Origin: Basidiobolus meristosporus CBS 931.73
Lineage: Eukaryota; Fungi; Basidiobolomycota
DNA length: 64,000 bases
Assembly (NCBI GenBank): GCA_002104905.1
Contig: MCFE01000352.1
Span: 1-64,000, forward strand
Reading direction: 5' to 3'
The position numbers and the translations under genes are program-made. The notes below the pieces were generated by a model. It made no database searches and was not told the origin of the DNA. It was given only the letters and a program-made list of their open reading frames with translations. This document shows positions 1-11,700 of the stretch, piece by piece (the first letter of the stretch is position 1; the number at the start of each line of letters is the position of its first letter).

Positions 1-2025
1 ATATTTGGGTGTACAGCATATGTCAAGAAACTGCCTAGATATTGGCCAAATTTGAGCCAAAAAGTGTAAAATGCATACTTTTGGGTTACTGCAATGAGAG
101 TAAAGCATACAGACTCTAAAATACCAGAGCAAAGAAGCTAATCAAGTCCAGTGCTGTGTTGTTTGATGAAAATTCAAAATTTTCACAACAAATGACATCA
201 GATGATGACAAAAATCTGATATCAAGTCCACCAGTTGTCAGGATTGATTCAGAGCAAAACAATGAGAATTTTTCCCCTCCAGAGGACTCTACAACTGTGG
301 TTCAGCCTGAATTGGAGCCTAGGAATATCCCAGAAGTGATCATTCCAGTATCAATGCCCAGAGATCCAATTGGACAAGAAATAACCCAATTTACTACATC
401 AATGAGGGTTCAAATTTAGACTATGCCTATTCAGTCCATATTAATGAGCCCCAGACTGTAAAAGAGGTCCTAAATAGCCCTCAGACAAAGTTTTGGAGAT
501 CTGCAATGACTGAGAAATATCACGCCCTGATGGAAAATCAAACTTGAGACTTAGTCAAGTTACCAAGCATCCAAAAATCAACTAGATGCTGATGTGCCTT
601 CAAGACAAAGTACAAGGCTGATGGTACAATTGAAAGATACAAAGTAAGACTTGTGGCCAAAAGATACTCTCAAGCAAAAGGACTACACTATACTGAGACC
701 TTTGCACTGGTAGCCAAGTTTAATTCTATCAGATTAATATTTGCTATTGCAGCCAAATATAAGTTTTTATTCATTGAATGAATGTAAAAACTGCATTTTT
801 GAATGGAGAACTTGATGAGGACGTGAATATGGACCAGCCTGATGGCTTTATTGACCAGGATAACCCCCATTTGGTCTGAAAGCATAAAAAGTCTCTATAT
901 GGTTTTAAGCAATACCCAAGAGCCTGGAATTGCAAGATTGATTCTTATTTGGAATCTTCCAGTGTCAAGAGGAGTAATGCTGACTATAGTATATACTATA
1001 AGCCAGATAGAGCAAATCCAGTTCCATTAGCTCTATATGTGGATGATCTTATTATGGCCACCAATAACCTAGAAACATTGGAAGAGACTAAATCCAGCCT
1101 ATCTAAGGAGCTCAACATGTCCAATCTAGGATAACTCAGTTACTACTTAGGGATTAAGTTCTCCATAGACAGAAATACCCAGGCTATTACCCTAAGCCAA
1201 TCCAAGTTTACTCAAGATATACTAAAGAGTACCAAATCAAAGACTGTAAATGGCTGCTACCCCAATGCAGACAAACCTTAACTAGGTCAAAACTCAACCC
1301 AAATCAAGAGAGCTTGGTGCCTTCTGAAAGCCCTGACTTTCCTTATCAATCCATGGTTGGCAGTCTGATGTATATCATGCTTGGAACATATCCAGATATC
1401 TCATATCAGTGGGAGTTGTGAGCCAACATAATCTGAACTATGGATCTGATCATATTGCAGCAGTTAAGCAGATGTTTAGATACCTAAAAGGAACTGCGGA
1501 TATCTGCTTAAGATACACTTATAAGGTTTCAGAACAGGACCTTGTGGGATACTCTGATGCTGATTGGGAACAAAATTTGGAAGACAGAAGATCCACCACA
1601 GGATACACCTTTCTTTACTGTCAAGGAGCAATTTCATGGAACTCAAGAAAGCAACCAACCATAGCACTTTCTGCCACAGCAGCAGAGTAAATGGCAGCCT
1701 GTGAAGCTACAAAAAAAGCATTGTGGCTAAGAAATCATTTTATAGACTTAGGCCTATGTCAAAAAATGCCTGTTACTTTGTATCAAGATAATCAAGGATA
1801 CATACAATTAGGTAGAAATCCAACTTTTCATGCTAGAACTAAGCACATAGATATTAGATATCACTTCATACTTGAAGCTAAAGAGAGTAACTTAGTCAGC
1901 TTAGTTTACTGTCCTTCAGACAAAATGATTGCTGACATATTTACTAAGCAATTAGCTAGAGACAAGTTTGAATATCTTAGGTGAAAATTAGGACTAGTCA
2001 GTATGAACATTTAGCTGAGTGGAAG
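1..2025 (+). mobile_element. Ty1/Copia retrotransposon, 3' part (integrase C-terminus, RT, RNase H), pseudogenised; 5' end lies outside the window
   Basis: Translations IFGCTAYVK..KCILLGYCNESKAYRL, KTAFLNGELDEDV, LYVDDLI, GYSDADW..DRRSTTGY, RTKHIDIRYHFI and ADIFTK in Copia order (IN-RT-RH). Several in-frame stops and frameshifts. Purine tract GAGTGGAAG at 2017-2025. Confidence 0.95.
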
Positions 2026-2375
2026 TGTTGTCAAAAGCTGTAAATGCACCTAAATATTCAACTAACTTAGTCATTTAGAGCATTACCTTCAAATCCTAGA
2101 GAATACTAACCAGATTCCTTGTTGGGATTTACTTAGAATATTTTCACCAAAATACCAGGTACCTAGAACATGAAAATTTTCAAAGTTGTCCAAACAGCCC
2201 CAAACGTTGCACACATGTTCCTGGGACCTTCCTTAAGCTATTCTACTTTTTTGTTATGCCAAGACCATGTAAAAGTATAAATACTACTTTTACATTCAAT
2301 AAATCATTAAGTGAAAAACCACATAATCTACTTGTCCTCCATATCGCTTCCAATATCTCCAAGACTCTTACAACA
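2026..2375 (+). repeat. Copia 3' LTR (~350 bp)
   Basis: TGTTG...CAACA ends directly after the PPT. Homologous copies at 29584-29932 (-), 33918-34262 (-) and 34639-34979 (+). Confidence 0.9.
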
Positions 2376-4308
2376 TTCTGATATAATCAATCATTTTACT
2401 CAGCCAGCAGGGATGAAGATCAATGACTATGAAGAAGACCTACAGGCCTATATATTTGAGAACTGCAAGTTTGACCTTGTACTTGGAAAACCTGGCTATT
2501 TTGTTGTAATCCATCAATCAACTGGAGAGCCCATGCTACTCAGGTTCAGAAGGACAACAAGACCTATGAGCTATTACCTGCCAGACTGGATTTCAGCTTG
2601 GTCAATTGCAGTTTGTGTGAAGTGAGCTTAGCAAGACACAGTTCTGTAGAGCACTTAGCAAAGGCACCCTAATGTTCCTTATGGCAGTATTACTGGAGGA
2701 TTCCTCTACTTCAGTACCCCAGAAGGTCCAGACTCTTTTGAAGGAATATTCAGATATATTTCCAGATGAGCTTGTAAGCCTACCATGGGTCAGAGATGTA
2801 GATCATGCCATTGACACAGGAGATAGCCCTCCAGTTAGTGAGATACCTTACAGAAAAAGTCCTTTGCAATTGGAAGAGATGAAGAGACAAATAGATCAGT
2901 TATTGGTGTAAGGATATATCAGACCCAGCAAGTCACCTTGGGGAGCACCAGTACTTTTTGTGAAGAGGAAGGAGGGAGCACTTAGAATGGGCATTGACTG
3001 CAGAGCCCTTGACTCAGTTACTGTGAAAAATAAGTACCCCATACCTTGGATTGATGAGCTTTTAGACCAACTCAACCAAGCCACTATATTCAGCAAGATT
3101 AACCTCATGTCAGGATACAACCAGATTAGGGTGAAGCCAGAAGACATCCCTAAGGCAGCATTCAGGACAAGATATGGACATTACAAGTACTTAGTTATGC
3201 ATTTTGGCCTCACCAATGCCCCTGCAACATTCATGACCCTGATGAAGACAGTCTTCCAGGAGTACTTAGACAAGTTGATGATAATCTACCTAGATGACAT
3301 ATTGATATACAGCAAGACAGAAGAGGATCACATGGTGCACATTGAAAAGGTCTTGAAGAAGCTAAGAGAGTACAAACCATACAGCAAGCCAGCCAAGTGT
3401 GAATTCTGCAGGGAACACTTTGAATATCTGGAACTCATAGTGACTAGCACAGGAGTGACCTTAGATCCTAAGAAGGTTGAAGTTATCAAGAATCTGAAGC
3501 AGTCCCATAGCATATCAGAACTCAGATCATTCCTTTGAATGGTTTCCACTTACTGGAGATTTGTCAAGTTCTTTGCAAGTATTGCAGCCTGTTTAACTGA
3601 TATCCTGAAGAAAGACAATACCTACAAGTGGGCCATAGCTTGTGACACTGCCTTCCAGATGCTCAAGAATGAGCTTGTTAGGCTGCCAAGTTTAAGAATA
3701 CCTGAATTCAGAAAAGAGTTTACTCTGTGCACAGATGCTTCAGATTATGTAATTGGTGGAGTGTTGAGCCAAGAACACAAGGGAAAGGACTACCCAGTTG
3801 CCTTTGAATACAAGAAACTGAACTCAGCAGAACAAAACTATCCAGTACCTGAGAAGGAGATGCTTGCTATAATACACTGCTTGAAGACATGGAGTTGCTA
3901 TATTGAAGGAGTCAAATGCACTGTGTAGACTGATCATGCCTCCCTTAAGTATATATTGACTCATAAGGTACTCTCTAGAAGAATGATAAGATGGAATGAA
4001 TATATTCAGCAATTCAACATGGAGATTGTCTACTGCCCTGGAAAAACAACATGGTTGCTGATTCCTTATCAAGATTAGAACAAGCTGCACAACTCTACTT
4101 GGTGCATGAATCAGATTGGCCTAGCCTATTACCAAAGGACTTGGAGGACCAAGCCATTCCTAATGAGGTGGATGAGGAGATCAAGAAGATTATCCAGGAT
4201 GAAGCCAGCAAATTTGTGGTACAGGATGAAACACTCTACCAAGTTGTTAATGGAAGCCCTACTGCATATTGCCCTCATGTTGCTTGCCTGGATTTAATAC
4301 ATAAGACT
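2376..4308 (+). mobile_element. Ty3/Gypsy pol fragment (protease end, RT, RNase H, start of integrase), degenerate
   Basis: FDLVLGKP; SPWGAPVLFVKRKEGALR; FGLTNAPATF; YLDDILIYS; TDASDYVIGGVLSQ; EKEMLAI; NMVADSLSR. Stops at 2909 and 3536, frameshift near 4050. Ends abruptly at LDLIHKT. Confidence 0.93.
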
Positions 4309-4801
4309 TGTTCCATTGTACTGTGCCAGGGTGTGTGGTGCAATCCACGGTTGTAAAGAACAATTGGGCGCAATATTATAGCTACCAGTAGGCAGAATTG
4401 TTCTTGGACAATTTTGCACTATGTGGGACAATCTTGCACACTATGGCACAATCTGACACAATGAGGTTGGCACGGATGACTGCGCCAACTTGTAATGTTT
4501 GCATCACGTGCGCAATTGGATACCGCTATTATGGCAGGTAAAATCCGGTATTTGGATATGTTTCTTTAATGTAAATGGAAATAAATGTGTATCACTATAA
4601 ACTACACTGATACTTACCATTTTGGTTACCATCACTCCAATTGGACGGTATCTCAGTGGTTAATTGGTCCAGAAGTATCCTGAAGCTGGCAGCCCCCAAT
4701 TGGCTCATTGACTACTAAACAATCTACCTGATTCACCATCAAATATCCCATTTTGCCCATTGAGCCAGTAAATCTCTGATCCTGGTGATTGGTCAAGGCG
4801 T

Positions 4802-5879
4802 TGTAGTGGGGTCACAGTGACACCCACAGGCAGATGTGCTCATTCTTATGCATTCACTTCCCTAAAAAGGATTACCCCGCCCATATTATTATCATCCCAA
4901 ATTTGCAATATTTCCTATTTTTGTCTATGTGATTATTACTATGCAACCTGACAAACTATTTGTCCCTATTAACCCATTGCACAAGCTATTCTTATTCCTT
5001 GCCGAGATGCCAAGATAAGATAGTTACCTTATAAGGCAAGTACCCCAACAGTGCCCATGTCACGTGACCATCCTGGTTTCATAATCCCCCATCTCACTAC
5101 CATAAGAGGCAACCACATGACACAGAGGTTTCATGTTACCACTACCTGATTGGCTAGGTACTACTATGTCTCATGGAACAATCCGCCAAGAATTTGCGCT
5201 ATTTTTAGTACACAAAGACATGATTGGTTGTCTACTACCTTCTGGAAACTTCCGGAAAGTATTTTCTAGCAAGAAATTGAGCAGCAAAAAAGTATATAAG
5301 GGAGGCTATCCCTTAAAATAAATCATCCCTCTTCCAATATTCCAACTTATTGATTAGTGAGATCACCGCTACCTATTACCACTATTTTCTGACTCAGACC
5401 TGACGATACTCCCAGGAAACCGCGCTGACAGCCAACTGACCTTGGAGGCACTACTTGTGAGGAATACTCAGAGTAGGTATATTTTATTATATTGTTTGTT
5501 TTCCCAAGTTTGTTCTTGTACAGGCAAAGATACTTTTCAGTCTTTGTAACTATTGGTCAAAGCTGCATTCTTATCAAGTCCCTGTTGGTGGAGTTTACAG
5601 TTGTTTTGACTTTGGAAGCTTTAGTACATTGTCATCTCAAAGGACGTCGAAGCCATTATAAACTTTTGTTAAGACGCCAACTAAGTTGGGGATTGTAGTT
5701 CAATAGTTTTCCCTTGACAAGCTTGAGGCTTTATCCCCCATCACATTAGATTAGATAAAAGACCCAGTATTCCTAGCAAGCTTTTGCCAGAGGTTATCGC
5801 ACCCAGTGAACACCCCACACACATTCACACTTGAGAAGTGTTGGCCGTATTTTGCCCTTTGGACTTATACACCACCACA
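4802..5879 (+). repeat. Element A 5' LTR (1078 bp)
   Basis: TGTAGTGGGG...CACCACCACA. About 20 substitutions and 2 small indels versus 14533-15615 by manual comparison, mostly transitions. Confidence 0.95.
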
Positions 5880-5883
5880 TATT

Positions 5884-5901
5884 TGGCACCCAACGTGGGG
5901 G
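5884..5901 (+). promoter_or_regulatory. Primer-binding site of element A, tRNA-Lys(CUU)-like
   Basis: TGGCACCCAACGTGGGGG, 4 bp after the LTR. Close to the complement of the tRNA-Lys(CUU) 3' end ...CCCCACGTTGGGCGCCA. Confidence 0.75.
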
Positions 5902-6019
5902 GTTCATACAAGCTCCCTAGGACCCTACAAGATTTACCTGAAGATTTGAGCCGTTACCCATTTATTGAAACAAGACTACCAATATTATCAAGACTACAAC
6001 ACCAACCTACGTACCCAAA

Positions 6020-8081
6020 ATGAACTCTATGCCGTTACCACTCTCACATGGAGCCCCACAGTTTGATGGAAAGAATGTGGAGAGCTTCATATTCAAATGG
6101 GAGAAGCTCTGCAAGATGTGCAGCCTATCTGAACAAGAAATGGCTGAAGACTTCCCCTACTACTGCACTGATGATATTACTACCAAGCTTCTCAGACAAG
6201 GAGACATTCTGACTGACTGGACCTTAATGAAGACCTACCTTCAGACCGAGTATGGCAGACCCCAGATATACTATGGAATTGAGGACCTCAGACACTTTGG
6301 AAGGATGGGACTCTCCAAGCTACCACTTGAAGAGTTCATTCAACAATATGAAGATATGGCCAAGCCACTCCTAGAGTCCCAGGCAATAACTGAGTTTACC
6401 ATGACACTTTACCTTGCACAAGGGCTTCCCCAGGAGTTGGCAAGGAAAGTTGACCTACATGCAGCCAAGGATGACAAGTCTGGCATTCCTTGCTTTGCAG
6501 AGATGAAACGTGTACTTCTAGAGGCAAAGCAAACTTCTACCTTTATGAGACTCCTGACATCTAATCTGCCAGACCAGCCAACCAAGGAGCTAAAGAGTGC
6601 TGTTGCTGACAATCAGACCTACACTACCGACAGAATTGACCAACTTGCTGAACAGCTACAAAAGCTAGCCCTCAAGGTTAACGGCTCAGCTGAGGTAGCT
6701 ACTGAGGGCCAAAGAGCTTTGCCTAGACACTGCATTTGGTGTGACTCTACTCAGCATGCCAGACGTGAATGCTCAGAGCTTAGCCAGCTACTTAGAGAAG
6801 GAACAGTACAGTTTGATGCTGATGGAATGCTTGCTGATAAGGAAGGAAAAAGGATTCCCACTAATTTCCAAAGAGGCGGAATGAGAGCCCTTTTCCAGAA
6901 GTCTGACTCAGCAACTAGAAAGATTACTGTTGATGCCCCTATTGAGACTCATACAGTGAGTCCAAACAGCCCTGACAACAGAAAATACAAAGTAGACACC
7001 TTTGCTACTAAGAGACACCTTCCTGAAGAACCTGTCAAACCCATCCTTAGAAGACCATGATTTGAAGAGCCTGAGGTTATTATTGACAAGAGGCCTGGAA
7101 CACTGCCTACCCAAGACCCATTACCTCACTTTCAGATGACCTCAAAGATAGCAGGCTACTCAAGCCCCCAATTGATTACTGAGAAACTACTGAAGCAGAA
7201 CCTCACTTTGTCAGTTGGAGAAATCATGAGTGTATCACCGTCTGTTAGGAAGACCTTTGATGAGCAGCTTAGAACAAGAAGACAAGCTGTTGAACATATG
7301 GACACCCATATAATCCAGACAAACCATGAAGACCACAAAAAGGATGACACCGCTACCAAATACAAGACCTTTTACTCAGTTGCAACTGCTGTGGTGAAAG
7401 GGTATATATATGATGACCCTGTTGACTGCCATATTGACAGTGGTTCAGAGATTTGTGTTATGCCGCTAGACTTCTGGAAGACACTTAGAAGCAAGGAGCT
7501 ACTGCCTGTTGATAGAGATATTGGATGGAACATGACTGATGCAAACTCAGGGTCTAGCCCACTCTATGGTGTAGTGCACAAGTTCCCTATTGAGGTACAA
7601 GGAATCAAGGTCTGGCTTCCCCTCTTTATCTGCCAGAAGGCAAACTTTGACCTTCTGTTAGGCAGACCATGGGAGACCAGTACTAAGGCTACAACTACCA
7701 ACTATTCTGATGGGTCAGTGTGGTACACTATACAAGGATCCAACCCAGGACTACAGTCAACATTCTGTGGGGTAACACCCAACAATAAGAGGACACATAC
7801 TGCTTGCCAGAAGACACATCTTGTTATAGAAGAAGATGAGGAGCCTGACAGTATACACCCTAACAGTTGGAGCTACTCATTAGGTATACAGGAGCAGACA
7901 GCTATGGTTCGCACAAAATACAAGACAGTGGAACAGAAGATTAGACCATCACTTACGCCTTTAACTGATGGGTCTCGACCTGCTGATTACATCAGACCAC
8001 CAGAAGGAACACCAGAAGATATACGACTTACACCTGAGAGACTTAAGCAACTTATCATTGGAGATGGAAACCTAACACCGG
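6020..8081 (+). pseudogene. Element A gag + aspartic protease (N-terminal part of the polyprotein); in-frame TGA at 7058-7060
   Basis: CCHC knuckle CIWCDSTQHARREC (DUF4100-like context), protease CHIDSGSEICV and FDLLLGRPW, and TKYKTVEQKIRP. ORFs 6020-7060 and 7136-8134 share one frame. Confidence 0.9.
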
Positions 8082-8885
8082 TGTGGTGGTGTAGAGGTAC
8101 TCCTGGGAGAAGCTACACAACTCAAGGTGTGTGAGGTATCTGATGGGTGCAATAACCTCTGGGTCTAAACTGCTGGTGTCTTTGTCAGTATGTCTCTATG
8201 GTAAAAGCTCCTGCTTCTCTAGCTTCCTAGGTGCTCCAAGTGTCTCCAAAGGCCTCTGTGTGTCTTGTGCACTACCCTGAAAAGCTCCTTGATGGCAGGT
8301 CTGAGATGTACTGTTGAAGGCAGGTGCAGTGATCAACTGCTAATCAATAAGGTAGAAGTGTTACTGATAGAAGGGATGATATATTGATGAGGGATTGCTT
8401 TCCCTTAAATACTTTTCCTGATTGCCAAGTGATTACTAATGACAAGGTTCTAGAAGATTCTAGGTATCAGTGGAATTCTTGATGACATCACTATGAGCTA
8501 AAAATATGCCAAGAATGTCCTGGAAGGTTCTAAAAGGCACAGCACTCTCAACCAATCAGGAATCAGTAGTCTGAAACCTGTGCAACATAGAAATACCATA
8601 TATGGTATTGAAATGGTAGGGATGGTAACACAGACCTAGGTCATGTGTCACGGGTACTGACGCAGGTACTTGCCTTATATAGATACATCTACTGATCACA
8701 AAGCTGAATAACATCTGGGATAACTAATGTTAATAACTAATCAGGGGAAACATCATATGGGGATAATACTGATAATATGGGCAAAAGAAGAATGGGATAA
8801 TACTGATAAGATAAAATATGGATAAGTATATCATAATGACTATATGAATAAACTTGTCTGTGGGAGGTATGTTTACCCTTCCACA
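8082..8885 (-). repeat. Element B 3' LTR (804 bp)
   Basis: TG...CA ends, preceded on the minus strand by the purine tract GTGGGGGGTGGA. Six substitutions and a 1-bp indel versus the other LTR by manual comparison. Confidence 0.95.
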
Positions 8886-8963
8886 TCCACCCCCCACTTG
8901 AGCTAAAAAGTTCCCTGAAACTTTTTAGCTAACCACTGTAAGTTTGGAGAACAAAGTGCTCTC

Positions 8964-10820
8964 TCAGTCTTCCTCAATGAAGCCACCTGTCCTTTCTTGA
9001 GATAGAAGTCTACATGATGTCATTGATTGGATATTGTTTGAGTCCACACCACAGAAGGTTGCTGTTAGTCCTGGGCTCTCTGAGTATATAGTATACCATG
9101 CTGAACCATCTGGGTAGTTCACTGCAGTTGCTCTTGCTTTCACCTCCCATGGTCTTCCAAGAAGTAATTCAAAGTTAGCCTTTGCACAAATGAATACTGG
9201 GATCTCATGGGGTATTCCTTCAATGATGAGAGGGAAGTTGCGAATAATTCCTAAAAGCTTTGATTGCCCTGAGTTGGCATCCTTCATGCTCCAATTGATA
9301 TTGGTGTCTATGGGCAATAGGTCTTTGCATGGTAGTTGTTTCCAAGCCTCCAAAGGCATCACACATATCTCAGATCCACTGTCTATATGACATAGGACTT
9401 CTTGATTATGCACAGTTCCTGTAGTTGTTGCAGTTGCCACTGAGTAGTAGTGTTTCTGGCTTTGATGCAACTTACTGATATCTTGGCTTCCTTGAACTGT
9501 CCTGACCTGGTTGCCTTGAGTTGCTTCAATTGGATGATTTCTTATTCTGATATGCTCATCCAGAGTCTTTCTTACAGATGGTGATACACTGAGTAGCTCT
9601 CCAACCTTGATTGATATGTTGCTTCCTAGTATATGACTTGTCAGTGCCTCTGGGGTAGCATTTTGCTTGACTCTAGGCTGCATGTGGTAGTTGTTGGCCT
9701 TGGCAGACTCTTGTAAAATTAATGGGGGTGATGCTTTCTTCTCAATCACAACTTCTGGCTCACATCTTGGTACTTTTGTTGCTGGGCCTGGATTAGCCAT
9801 TTTTTCAGGATGGTGTCTCTTTGAAGCATAAATTGATGCTATATGATCCTGGGCCTCTCTGGGGTCCTCATAGTCAAAGTTCAGAACTTCAGCTGGATCA
9901 AAGTAGCCAGGATCTTCTTCTTCATGGAGGTGAACCTTTCTTGTTTGAGAGGTGACTTGCTTGTAGTGAACTCTCATTCCTCCTTGTCCAAATGCTGTGG
10001 ATAATTTGTCACCATGCTTACTGACTATGTATCCCTGAGGACTATATAGGACATCACCTGTGGATAGTAATGACTGAAGCTCTTGGCAATTTCTCTTGGA
10101 ATGGTTGGCAGAGTCACACCACATGCATGTATATTTGACTTCTTTCTCTACTGGCTTCTGACCATATGCTTTGCTGGCAAGTAGCAAAGAGAGTTTCTCT
10201 AGTTGCTGTGTCAGCTCCTGAATTTGGGTGCTTTGATTGCTGGGAGTAAGTATGTCTTGGCTATCTTGGTTTTGTTCTGGGCTTGAAAGAAGCTTTCTGA
10301 TTGGTGAGGTTTCTTCAGGGGCAAGTAGAATCTGTTTAGCTAACTGAAATGCAGGCAGTGAACTCATAGCTTTCACCGTAGGATTGTTTTCAGTCCTTCT
10401 CACCAGGCCTTCTGGTAGTGCTCTGAGCAGATAGGCAGATAAAGTCAGATCAGTGATAATGCCTTGGGCTTTCAGTGACTCCCCAATTTGCTCAAGGCCA
10501 CTCAAGTATTGTTTCAATGGTAGCAGCTTAAACTTGCTATAAGCAAAGTTCTCCAAGTCTTGAAGTGTATAGTCAACTTGTCTCTCTCCATATTCATCAA
10601 TCAAGTAGCTCTTCAAGAGGGTCCAATTTGTCAGCAGATCATTTCTTTCATATAATGAGAGCATGATCTCATCAGTGCTGTAGGGGGGCATCTCTTCAGC
10701 CATAATGGCCTCAGGTATTTTGTGGGCTCTGCAGAAAAGCTCCCACCTCTTGATGAAAGCTTTAACTTTGGTTCCATCAAAGAAAGGGGTTCCTTGCATT
10801 CCTGGTAAAGGTAGATCCAT
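8964..10820 (-). CDS. Element B Gag-protease polyprotein (618 aa, intact)
   Basis: Open ORF. N-terminus FDGTKVKAFIKRWE aligns with A's FDGKNVESFIFKWE. CCHC CMWCDSANHSKRNC; protease CHIDSGSEICV and FELLLGRPW. Stop lies ~65 bp before the PPT. Confidence 0.92.
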   Translation of the reverse strand: MDLPLPGMQGTPFFDGTKVKAFIKRWELFCRAHKIPEAIMAEEMPPYSTDEIMLSLYERNDLLTNWTLLKSYLIDEYGERQVDYTLQDLENFAYSKFKLLPLKQYLSGLEQIGESLKAQGIITDLTLSAYLLRALPEGLVRRTENNPTVKAMSSLPAFQLAKQILLAPEETSPIRKLLSSPEQNQDSQDILTPSNQSTQIQELTQQLEKLSLLLASKAYGQKPVEKEVKYTCMWCDSANHSKRNCQELQSLLSTGDVLYSPQGYIVSKHGDKLSTAFGQGGMRVHYKQVTSQTRKVHLHEEEDPGYFDPAEVLNFDYEDPREAQDHIASIYASKRHHPEKMANPGPATKVPRCEPEVVIEKKASPPLILQESAKANNYHMQPRVKQNATPEALTSHILGSNISIKVGELLSVSPSVRKTLDEHIRIRNHPIEATQGNQVRTVQGSQDISKLHQSQKHYYSVATATTTGTVHNQEVLCHIDSGSEICVMPLEAWKQLPCKDLLPIDTNINWSMKDANSGQSKLLGIIRNFPLIIEGIPHEIPVFICAKANFELLLGRPWEVKARATAVNYPDGSAWYTIYSESPGLTATFCGVDSNNIQSMTSCRLLSQERTGGFIEED

Positions 10821-10872
10821 GGTCTTGATAATTTGTTCTTTCTTAAGTCTTCTAGGGGCAGTTCAGTCAAAC

Positions 10873-10890
10873 CCCCCACATTGGGTGCCA
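10873..10890 (-). promoter_or_regulatory. Primer-binding site of element B, tRNA-Lys-like
   Basis: Minus strand TGGCACCCAATGTGGGGG; identical to A's PBS except for one CpG>TpG change. Confidence 0.75.
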
Positions 10891-10894
10891 AATA

Positions 10895-11697
10895 TGTGGT
10901 GGTGTAGAGGTACTCCTGGGAGAAGCTACACAACTCAAGGTGTGTGAGGTGTCTGATGGGTGCAATAACCTCTGGGTCTAATCTGCTGGTGTCTTTGTCA
11001 GTATGTCTCTATGGTAAAAGCTCCTGCTTCTCTAGCTTCCTAGGTGCTCCAAGTGTCTCCAAAGGCCTCTGTGTGTCTTGTGCACTACCCTGAAAGCTCC
11101 TTGATGGCAGGTCTGAGATGTACTGTTGAAGGCAGGTGCAGTGATCAACTGCTAATCAATAAGGTAGAAGTGTTACTGATAGAAGGGATGATTTATTGAT
11201 GAGGGATTGCTTTCCCTTAAATACTTTTCCTGATTGCCAAGTGATTACTAATGACAAGGTTCTAGAAGATTCTAGGTATCAGTGGAATTCTTGATGACAT
11301 CACTATGAGCTAAAAATATGCCAAGAATGTCCTGGAAGGTTCTAAAAGGCACAGCACTCTCAACCAATCAGGAATCAGTAGTCTGAAACCTGTGCAACAT
11401 AGAAATACCATATATGGTATTGAAATGGTAGGGATGGTAACACAGACCTAGGTCATGTGTCACGGGTACTGATGCGGGTACTTGCCTTATATAGATACAT
11501 CCACTGATCACAAAGCTGAATAACATCTGGGATAACTAATGTTAATAACTAATCAGGGGAAACATCATATGGGGATAATACTGATAATATGGGCAAAAGA
11601 AGAATGGGATAATACTGATAAGATAAAATATGGATAAGTATATCATAATGACTATATGAATAAACTTGTCTGTGGGAGGTATGTTTACCCTTCCACA
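10895..11697 (-). repeat. Element B 5' LTR (803 bp)
   Basis: Near-identical to 8082-8885 and followed on the minus strand by TATT + PBS. Confidence 0.95.
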
Positions 11698-11700
11698 CCG

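Larger units (their letters stand above)
8082..11697 (-). mobile_element. Non-autonomous Gag-protease-only LTR retrotransposon 'element B' (3616 bp)
   Basis: LTRs at 8082-8885 and 10895-11697, PBS at 10873-10890, PPT at ~8886-8897, and a CCGG target duplication (8078-8081 / 11698-11701). Single ORF with no RT, RH or IN. Confidence 0.93.

Noticed and set aside
5492-5698. Small ORF duplicated at 15192-15434
   Set aside because: Both lie in LTR A; the conservation just reflects LTR identity.
7058-7060. Programmed stop-codon readthrough between gag and pol of element A
   Set aside because: The codon aligns with Arg in the uninterrupted B ORF and fits CGA>TGA deamination; the context CCA-TGA-TTT is not a typical readthrough signal.
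11656-11700. ATG start for a stand-alone 945-aa pol ORF
   Set aside because: The first 14 codons come from element B's LTR fused by insertion; the native frame continues from 8081.
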